64,000 bases of DNA from Veleropilina oligotropha. Lineage: Eukaryota. The notes beneath the pieces were generated by a model. The model had not been told where the DNA came from, searched no databases, and saw nothing but the letters and a program-made list of their open reading frames with translations. Positions 54,386 through 64,000 of this stretch are shown here, in pieces. A program made the position numbers and the translations under genes. The first letter of the stretch is position 1, and the number at the start of each line of letters is the position of its first letter. The stretch is taken from NCBI GenBank assembly GCA_048128005.1, contig JBEUKZ010000123.1, forward strand, positions 62,001 to 126,000, written 5' to 3'.

Positions 54386-56497
54386 TTTTTATCCCATCGG
54401 TTTTGAAAAAACGATGGGATTATGTCGTCACATAGTCCGTCTGTCCGTCCGTCCATCCGTCAGTCCGTATAAATAAATAAATAAAATAAATAATCTTTAT
54501 TTAATTTCGATAACCCCATAGGTCTAGCCTATTTTCATGGGGGTCGAATGCAATAACAGGATGGCTACAAGGTACATAAAATAAAAAATAAAAAAACAAA
54601 AAAAACAACAGATAAAAACAGATTATGCAAAATTATAAACAAAGTAAAATTATATTTAAGTTAAACAGAACAGTAAAAGAGTATAAGAGTATGTTGCTAC
54701 GTAAAATATCGTACACAGTTAAAAGAGGGATAAAATTACTTTTTGATTAAAAAACAATTTCTGTAATAATCCATGCAACTTTTTTTAAAACCACTGACGG
54801 AACTGGATGATTGAATAATACTAGGTAGTTCATTATAAAGGGATGCTCCGTAAATTCTAAATGATTGCTTAAACAGCTCAGTTCTGGCGAATGGTATTTG
54901 TAGCAGGCTTTTTGTACTTGATCTTAAATTTCGACCCGGTTTGTAAAAGGTGAATATATCAGACAAATAAGAGGGAGCAAAACCATTTAAACATTTATAC
55001 ACCATTAAAACAGTAACATACTTCAATCGAAAAGATAGCGGGAACCAGTTCATTTTTTTGTACAGTTCGTCCGAGCTCAGTTCAGAATAATCATTTAAAA
55101 TCAAGCGCATAGCTCGCTTTTGTAAGCATTCAAGTCTATTAATCTGGCAGGGAGATCTCGCACCCCAAACAGACAAACAATAATCAATGTGCGGTAAAAT
55201 AAAAGACATAAAATTGTTTTCTAGCGTGTAATGGTAAAAAGTGCTTAATTCTAGATAAAAGGTATAACTTTGGCTTTATCTTCTTTACAATCATGTCTAT
55301 GTGAGATTCCCATGATAAATCATTTTGTAGTACAACACCTAGAACTTTATGATTAGTAACATGTTCTATTTTGTCTCCGCTGAGTGATACATCTATATGA
55401 GACTTTGCTAGATGACATCGCTTTTGATTTGTTGTTACGAGCATACATTTTGTTTTATCAGTGTTAGTACACATTTTGTTGTTAGATGATGTGATCATGA
55501 TATCAGGAAAACCGTGCCAGCTAGGGAATTCAAATTTGGTATGCGGGTTTATTGGGACATAAACTAGGTTGTTATTGAATTTCAGATTCTTCTGCCAAAT
55601 ATTTCCACAGTTATCCCCATTTTTTGACAGAATTTTCGTTTTGGACGCCGTGATCACGAAATCAGGAAAACCGTACCAGGGCATTCAAATTTGGTATGCA
55701 GGTTATTGGGACATAAACTAGGTTGCTATTGAATTTCAGATTTTTCCGCCAAATATTTCCACAGTTATCCCCCTTGTTGACAGAATTTTCGTTTTGGACG
55801 ATGTGAACAGGATATCAGGAAAACCATAATAGCTAGGGGATTCAAATTTGGTATTCTATTTTATTGGGTCATAAACTAGGATGCTGTTGAATTTAAGATT
55901 ATTCCGCCAAATATTTGCACAGTTATCCCCCTTTTTCGACAAAATTTCCGTTTCTGACGACGTGAACGGGATATCAGGAAAACCTTAACAGCTAGGGGAT
56001 TCAAATTTGGTATGCAGGTTTATTGGGACAAAATCTAGGTTGCTCTTGAATTTCAGATTATTCCGCCAAATATTTGCACAGTTATCCCCCCTTTTCGACA
56101 AACTTTTGTTTTCGGACGATGTGAACATGATATAAGGAAAACCGTAACAGCTAGTGAGTTCAAATTTGGTATGAAGGTTTATTGGGACATAAATTAGTTT
56201 GCTATTGAATTTCAGATTGTTCCACCAAATATTTGCACAGTTATCCCCCTTTTTCGATATAAACTTTCCCTTTTTCGACATTGATATTTAGTTTCCATTA
56301 ATTATCTTCATAACCTCGCATCAGATATTGTTCGCATTTTGTGACTGTTGCAAATAAAACACAGAGGATCATGTTACATTTTGCTAAAATTTCGCCAAGT
56401 ATGTGCACAGTTATTCCCCTTTATCAACTTACAAATGTACACTCCATCAATTATGACAAACCCGATGGGATAATGTGTGGCTCCCACACTTCTTGTT
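54386..56497 (+). mobile_element. HINE with a ~158-bp x5 array and a nested LINE fragment
   Basis: ATCCCATCG...CGATGGGAT 5' hairpin, (GTCC)n, CAAATTTGGT at 55531/55686/55843/56002/56161, 3' CGATGGGAT plus GTGTGG-CTC-CCACAC. Confidence 0.8.
54470..55466 (-). mobile_element. 5'-truncated L2/CR1-group LINE (ORF2 C-terminus, 3' UTR, (TTTA)n tail)
   Basis: KTKCMLV, KVLGVVLQNDLSWESHI, LPHIDYC, LQKRAMRLIL, APSYL, LYNELP; one frameshift near 55200; 3' stem-loop and microsatellite tail. Confidence 0.88.
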
Positions 56498-57164
56498 GCT
56501 ATTTTGTGTTGTGTACCTGACATACTAGAGACATTTCGGTGCTTATAATTCCTCAGTTCATCTCCCCAAGACTTTTGGAAATAGTGAGCATTCGGTTAGT
56601 GTTAATTTTAACAATTTCAGTACTATGGTAGTCAGAGCCTCGGTTTAATGTCTCTGTTCGAAAGTTGGGTAGTGGATTTTTGATATCCAGCATAGTGTTC
56701 TTGTTGGAAATGTGCTGGCTAAAATAGAACTGGCATACCTTCCCATTTTCTTGATCATTGCTGTGTTGGCGTGTCATTTGTACTGGCATGGTTTATGCTT
56801 TGTTTCATCTTATCTTGGAGGAGGCGGTGTTTTGTGTAGCGTTTAGTGACTAACTGCTTAAGCAGAGCTATGTGCAGTAGCGTTTTCTACTGATGATTAA
56901 ATGGCAGGAAGTATTAATGAATTCTCGTGTGTGTAGTTTATTCTAGTGCATTGCTTGTCATTAAGTGGAGTTATCTTACAATACATGTATTCATATATTG
57001 TGTGTATATTAATTTAGTTTTTAAAGAATTGAATCGTATGTTTTTCACAAGTAATGCACCGTATTAGCACATTATTGTATATGATTATGTGTGCCTATTG
57101 CTTTTATGCTAGCGGTAGATAAAATTATTTATTTATCATGAAGATTAATCACTGGCTCGTTTGC

Positions 57165-57358
57165 GATGACGAATGGTAGTGGGTTCGAATCTTGGTTGGG
57201 ACTTTAGCATTATTAGTTCTGTTATGAATCACAGAGATAGGGCGGGTTTTTCCGAGTGCCCTGGCTTTCCTCCCGTGATAATATGGACATGTCCCGCCTT
57301 GAACGTAAAGATTGTAAATATACAGGATATTAAGCATCAATTATCAATCCAATCAATG
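57165..57358 (+). mobile_element. Copy of the V-domain-like SINE
   Basis: GGTTCGAATC B box, GGGTTTTTCCGAGTGCCCTGGCTTTCCTCCCG core, (CAAT)n-like tail. Confidence 0.72.
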
Positions 57359-58811
57359 TTCCTCTTAAATGACTGTGTTACGCAAACTAAATGTGTTTTC
57401 TATTAAGCATGTAAATATCTATTAGATTTATGTTGACAGTGTGTATAATAATAATACTGTAATTTGAGTAATTGCAGAAACGTGCCAGCATAAATTGTTT
57501 TTGTGGTCCGCCCATGTCAACAGATTAGCGGTGGCCACAAGATATGGCCAGCAATCTGGCCTCCCTTTGATGTAATATGGGACGTCATGCTGCTGTCTGA
57601 GGAATCCAGTAACTTTGGCAACAACATATTTTTAGACGGCATTACTTGCATTTCACTGTGAAATACCAGAATTTCTTATATTTACATTTTATTGTAATGA
57701 CAATGACATTTTTGCGTAGTAGAGCTCAGTTTGGTGATTCATTTTGGGATAAAATTACCGCAGATACTGTATTACAAGAGCTGCCAATTTGCTGCTTTGG
57801 AGTTTTAGCAATTCACAACACTTGGTTGCATATAAACAGTTTCGACATGTGGCACACTTACCGTATCATAACTGTCTGTTTAGGTGTTAAGAAATTATGG
57901 TAATTATCGTAGCAGTTGTTAAAAATACAGCATGAAAACTGACAATTAGCATCATTAGTGGTACCTCCATACGCAGAAGCCAGAAATAGCTGTAGTGACT
58001 GTGTTTAGTGTTGAAACTGAGGGTTAGCCCTGGCTTTGGATTCCAATTCGTCAAATTCATTTTTTATTCGCTAAGTGTATTGTTGTCCATATTTGCAGTA
58101 GTTTTCAATTGATTGAGTATGAGGATCATTTGTTACAGATTGTTTTTCCTATAATAACTGTTACAATCACTTTTGATAGTTTTGCAATTTTACAAATCGT
58201 CAAACTAACACCTGTGCCTTGGCATGAAAAATCGGGGCTTCTTCATGGTTGACCACTTCTAAAAAGAATATTCAAGATCGACAGGGTCATCATTTAATTT
58301 TTAATGAAATTTTCTTCATGTGTTCTAATGTTTTTACGTTCAGTCGATTTCTTCCATTCGTTTTCATAACATTTTGTTTTGAGAAACTAATAAATAATAA
58401 ATTCGCCAACCAGTTTTTATTCGCCAAAGTTAAGCTAAATTCGCCAACGCGCATGGCAGCGCTAACCCTGATTAACTATAAGTTAAAAGCAACACTGGAT
58501 CTTTGTGAACAGAAATACAGGATATTTTTCTTGGGCTACCTCATGATCAATTAAATTCAATGATGTACCGGTAGTTTACTAAAATCATAGAATGATACCT
58601 TGACCACCAGCTGGTATCCGCTAGAGATGTTAATTCATTTTTGGAAAACATATATGATGTAGACTGACAGTTACTTGTTTATATACTGTAGGTAGCTGAT
58701 GGGGCAGGGTAAACTGTCCTGGGTGCCATCTGGTTTTGCATTTCTAGCAGCAACGACTGTTTATTGATTATCCTGTGTATCTTGAAGGATTTGTGGGTTA
58801 TCTTTCCACAG

Positions 58812-59125
58812 TTATTAGTTGAGCCGTTTACGGACAAACTATTGTATTGAGGCTGTCTGTCTGTGTGGTGTATATCCGCGATGACTTTACATGGCATAAC
58901 ATGGTCAATTCAAAGCATAGCCACGAAGCTTCATATATATGATATATGAGTGGATATCTAACTACTGTTTGATTTATGTTGTCAAAGGTCAAGGTCACCA
59001 AAGTCAAATAAGTGTAAAATACATAAACAGACATCTCTGAACTCGGTCAACCTAGAAAGATAAAATTAAGTTTAATGAGAGTGGGCACTGCTGCTCAACT
59101 ATGCTTCCTCTCGGATGCGCTTGTT
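58812..59125 (+). mobile_element. Short HINE-like element
   Basis: TAGTTGAGC / GCTCAACTA subterminal repeats, (TGTC)n, AAGGTCAAGGTCA, 3' hairpin plus CTTGTT. Confidence 0.6.
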
Positions 59126-60966
59126 TAGCTAAGTAATACTGTACAAATTTTGGATCAGTTTAAATAATTCTTCATATTTCTCTGATGCTGATCACGCTGT
59201 AGCCGACTCTACTATGGATCCGACGCGGAATCTGAATTCACTTGCTTGACTCCACTGTCTTCTAACTGTAGTCTGTTTGAATCCTCGATGGGGAACTTTT
59301 TCTCTTTTGTTATAAATTTACAGGACATTAAGCATCGATCCAATCCAACCATTTCAGCATTCATAGTTTATTGACCCTATTTACTGAAAATGTTTGGAGT
59401 GGTCGCTATACATATTTTCACCCCTCTGTATTTCCACCATATTCCTGTAAGTGTTGGTCATTCGTTATCTGCCACACATTTCATGTGGACATTTATCACC
59501 AAACAGGAAAGTGTTTTATATCCTACTGGTCGGCTAGCATGTGTGAGGTATAACTGGTTTTGATTTATGAAATGCAAGGACCTATTTAGTGTCACCCTTA
59601 TTTATCCTGACTGTGGTGATTTATCACTCACCATGTGAACTCCCACTCATTACCCATACAGTGTCATTGGCACTGGATCCTTATCACCAGTACACAGAGG
59701 GTACCCAGATATGGCCACACAGTTTCAGATAACCAGTGGCCCGAACCACAGGTCCTGTTGATGATTGAACAGTGGCTATCCTGACTAATGATTCCAAGCA
59801 TAGGGCTTCTGTATTATTTCTGGTGAAACACCTCTGGGGTGAGTACCACTCCTGGTTGCCACGTGCGGTTAAATATAGAAATCCCATCCAAAGAGAGTTG
59901 ACTGTAATATTGTAATTTAACAGATTTCCTCCTTTAATGGTTGCATTTGTTTCAGATCGATGCTTTAAATGTCCCGTTTTAACAAACATCATGTTCATAC
60001 CATAATAGTGCGGGTGAAAATCCTGGCCACTCAGAATTCTTAACCCACTATCACCTGCCAGTTATGGACAACGGTGACTGCTGACTGAACGAAGCGCTAG
60101 AGGATAATCAATCCCATACCTGTTAGAAGAGAAGCCAAGCGAATGAATGCAGATTCTAACCACTTATGTATATATACTCGACTACCTGTGATTCCTTATG
60201 ATATGGTGAATATATTGTCTTATTTCAACATTTATCCGCCTTCTAAGCAGCGATTGGCCAAGACGCGTTTTTCGCATCACGTGCCATGAGGATAAAACTC
60301 CATACTCTTCTCCGAGGCAAATTTATATCGAACTCGTAAACGTCACGGAAATAGTCGAAGAATAAATTGTTGTCGTCTGCGCTGTTTTCAAAACAAATCG
60401 ATCAATAAAGAAATGCAAGATGAACGTAAAAAATATCATCGTTCCGATAAAGAAATTGTCACTCCGTTTATGCCCGAGTGTAAAGATAATCGCTTTGTCC
60501 TGTAAAATCACGCAATCGCTTCAACCGAAACAGATGATTTTCACTTCCAAGGAATCACGATGCAAGATATGTTTGACGCCTTTGAACACGTCCCTCCTCA
60601 ACAAGTAAACACTGTCTCAGTCAAATATTCAATAAATGCATAATTAACTCGTTGCATACTCATCACCATTGACAATTCGCATAAGTAATTTTGAATTTTG
60701 ACAGTTTGTTGTTACTCGAATTCAGCCTCTCGCTTGGTTGCCACCAACTGCAAACACATTTTTTAATTAATTAACTTGTATTACTAAAATTATTTGTTAA
60801 TTATACACTTGTTACTTTGTTTAAATAAATTTACAATTTTTTAACTTTGTACGTCATTCTTGTCCTAATCCAAAAACTTTTCAAATCTATAACGATGTTA
60901 GGTATCGCAAAAAGTACATCTAGGGCATATATTACAATTTTTGGGAGGAAACGCTGAAATAAATGC

Positions 60967-61110
60967 GTTATCCTAACTCCTGGAGTCCGATATGGCTATT
61001 TATCCTCACAGTAAACCTATACCAGACTCGCCGTTCCGGCTCAGCTGGCATAGAGTTTACTGTGACGATAAATAGCCATATCGGATTCCAGGAGTTAAAT
61101 TAGGATAACT
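60967..61110. repeat. Long imperfect hairpin (probable Crypton-like terminus)
   Basis: AACTCCTGGAGTCCGATATGGCTATTTATC / GATAAATAGCCATATCGGATTCCAGGAGTT. Confidence 0.65.
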
Positions 61111-61945
61111 TATATTTACCTGAAAATAATAATTTGTTGTGTATGATAGACGCATAAAGTAAAATATTTTATTGTGCCTTAAAAACGGGACATAAAGCAT
61201 CAATGTGCAGACAAATGTTTTGCTCTATTAATAATGCAACTTTATAAATAATTACTTGTCAGTATTAAAATAATCCATTAAAGTGCAATGCATTATTTTT
61301 GTCTCGAGTGAATGTATTTGAAATACAGATTCAACAACAGTTACTGATGTTGCTTTCTTGTGACTGCAACACTTGTCAGTTTCCATGCCCTTTCACAGGG
61401 GGTTACACTCTGATTGTCTGGAACTAATTGATAACAGGTTTACTGGTCATTTCCTATTAATTTGTGAATGACTGAGCAGAGCCAGAAGGAATAAATCAAC
61501 AAACCACCAAATATTTGTCTGTCCACTTAAACACTGGTAGCTGTTACTATTTTGAAACCAAGAGCCAACATAAGGCTCACAATAGTTCCAGTCCATTCAC
61601 AGAGTGCTGGGAGATAGGAGTTCCAAGACAGTGACTGCTACATTGACCATGAAAGGCCTGTCAGTCATTGGTATATGAAGTCTATTGATGACCCAAAGAG
61701 GGCTGACATAAAAGACAGCACTTTGGTAGTTATTGGATACTACATGTACTATAGGCTGAACAAATGACACAAGAAGGGAAGGAAGGGGGTGTTTCTTTCA
61801 TGTTTTAGTGTTTGAAGAATTTGGAATTTATTATTCCACGAGTGTCTGGCATGTGTATGTTTCCAATATGAATATGTGTTTGTAGTTAGGGTTGTTGTTC
61901 TGTTAAGTGTCAATATTCAGATAAAATAATTGCATAATAATAATT

Positions 61946-62000
61946 ATGAACTACTAATCCATGGGGTTTCCCCGCGTGGGTTCATATCCTATCCTCGTCG
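61946..62000 (+). pseudogene. 5'-truncated tRNA-Ser(GCT)-like pseudogene fragment
   Basis: ATGAA-CT-ACT-AA-TCCAT anticodon arm, GGGG-TTT-CCCC variable arm, GTGGGTTCATATCCTAT T arm, CCTCGTCG acceptor 3' strand; D arm missing and B box mutated. Confidence 0.7.
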
Positions 62001-62010
62001 ATTACTGTAT

Positions 62011-62345
62011 GCCGCCGTGGCTCAGTGGTAGATGTGCACACTGGTCTCACATCAAGAGATGTGGGGTTCAATCCCCGATCCCGGAGAATTCCCTTGGGAA
62101 AGGAATAAGCATATATGCGCCTCGGTTCACCAAGACGAGTTACTTGGGTACCTGGTTGGTGTGTTTAGTAGTCAAAGTGCTCTCTAGTGGCAGCTTGACT
62201 GTAGGACTCTCACAGAGAACGGAGATGAATTAATGTTTAGAACAGGCTGATGAAAACCAGGGAAAATAATGTCATCGCTTAGAGTATGTTTATACATGGA
62301 ATACATCCCATTATAAATGGACTATTATATTTATTTATTATAATT
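62011..62345 (+). mobile_element. Second copy of the CORE-like tRNA-derived SINE
   Basis: GTGGCTCAGTGG A box, GGTTCAATCC B box, homologous body and AT-rich tail. Confidence 0.8.
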
Positions 62346-63535
62346 TATTGGTAACAATGATATGAATGAAAGCAATTTGCCACCTATTTCGGTACCTTTC
62401 ACTACGCGTGTGTTCGCAAAGTATGGGAAACTGCATACCTCAAGTAGGCATCCCTCAATGTTGATATTTTTATTGATAGTTTGTGTACCGGTAATGTTTG
62501 ATCCACGTATCTTGTGAAAATATGGCTGTATTTACTAGATGGTTTACATGATAAAAATGGTGAAGGTATTTATTCTTTAAAATATGCAATTCTTGCAAAT
62601 TGTTGTCTATGCTCAGGTTAACTCAGTTGAGATTGAAAGAAATAAACAGAAAATATGAAATAATTAACTCGGAATTAGATAACTATATCATCAAACATGT
62701 AGCAAAAGTATTTTTTCAGCCAAATTAGTACTTTTAAGAGGATAGTGTATATTTTACATTTACAATTTTGAAAAGTACTGTTGATATCATTTGCACAGTG
62801 TTAGAGACTTGTTTTGTGACCTTATTTATGGCATAGCACCAGTGTTTATGTTTTGGCTATACAGCATTTTGATTGATGATATGTTTTGGGTCCAGCTATC
62901 TGGTCCATCTGGTCTGGCTGTAATATTGTGGTTCCGTGTCTGTTGGGCCATCTGTGACACCTTGACATCCATACACAACCTCACAGATGTGTTCAACTCG
63001 GGATGGTTTGTTATACACTGCCCTTCATGTGGCGGCCAGTGCCAGGAATTCCAAGAATATTGTTGATCATGTCACTGGGTCAGGTATACAGATTTAGAGA
63101 TATGACAGGTTCTGAATAGAAACAGATATGATCGAAAAAATGTGAGCTTTATTTTTGTGAATGCTGCAAACATGTGACATTGATCACTATGGTAACCTGC
63201 ACCAAGTCTACGGAGGCGACAAGAATATTGATGTTAAACTTTGGGTTTAAATTAAGATTACATCCATTCTGACGATATTCGCACGCTGATATTGAACACA
63301 TGGCATATGAAATATATATCGCTTTCAGTATACATGCACTAGATTAAATCATTATAACGCTCGAACATTTTTCTTGAGACTGTGATTTTTGTGTTTGTTC
63401 ACAATGTGTCAGAACTGTTCATCTCAACTTTCACACTTCTCAGCTCTCCATGTATTGTTATGCATTGCTTCACTGTTACGCTTATCTGCAACCAATCTTA
63501 AATTTTTATCTATTTATAAATCTATTTATTGATAG

Positions 63536-63653
63536 GAAAGCCTCACATTACGATGGAGCCACATGATGTGGATGTAACGTTTGGCAACACAGCATACTTC
63601 ACCTGCCGAGCTGACGGAGACCCCGACCCTGAGATCATCTGGCTGCATAACGA
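63536..63653 (+). CDS. PXDN: Peroxidasin Ig domain 1, first exon ([38 protein letters not shown])
   Basis: gatAG/GTAAG, 118 nt, phase matches the previous exon; I-set Ig strands A-C. Confidence 0.95.
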
Positions 63654-64000
63654 GTAAGAGTCATGATTCAATCAGATATCATATGTACTGTATTTTCTCA
63701 GGTAAAAATTGACTCGGCATATAAGTCGACCTCACCCACCTAGTATCCTTTAAACCAGATATATTTGGATGTTGTACTTAGGAACCTAATCCAAAGACAA
63801 AATTTAATGATTCATTGTGCAATTACCGTTAAAATAAAATTGACTACAAACATTTTGGAAACCTTAAATAACACCACGTTACGATCGATTCGCAGTATAG
63901 CTGACTCGCTATACCATGGCTGATGTATGATTAACTATGACCTTGTTTCTTGTTTTGGTATTCTTCAGGGATCATCATATTTTTTTATAAATATTTACCT

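Noticed and set aside
55470..56280. CRISPR-like or coding repeat array (also 28260-28850 and 44460-44940)
   Set aside because: Continuous ~160-bp units with no unique spacers, no cas genes, and located within HINE termini in a eukaryotic intron.
58019..58470. hAT-like MITE (AGGGTTAGC...GCTAACCCTG)
   Set aside because: Short imperfect TIR and no matching 8-bp TSD.

Overview
Eukaryotic (animal, probably marine-invertebrate) DNA. The window lies inside a + strand peroxidasin (PXDN) gene. Seven small exons are visible: five 72-nt LRR exons, one LRR/LRRCT exon and the start of Ig domain 1. The very large introns are filled with transposons. Three DIRS1-type tyrosine-recombinase retrotransposons sit in sense orientation. 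One is complete and apparently intact (17716-25171: ITRs, ICR, Gag, RT-RNaseH-methyltransferase-like ORF, YR). One is a >99% identical sister cut by the window edge (1-6008). One is an older, deleted subfamily copy (27656-36934) hosting a piggyBac with an intact transposase and further nested elements. The rest is Helentron-type non-autonomous elements with ~160-bp arrays, piggyBac/Harbinger/Tc1-mariner MITEs, long-hairpin Crypton-like elements, two tRNA-derived SINE families and an L2/CR1-like fragment. The most interesting signal is the DIRS expression logic. RT has no usable ATG. The single Gag stop (CCC-TAG-G) is in frame with a ~990-codon YR frame and lies +1 from the RT frame. This suggests one codon switching among termination, +1 frameshifting and readthrough, alongside a conserved 5'-UTR intron. 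These mechanisms are inferences, and all family assignments are by eye without database searches.
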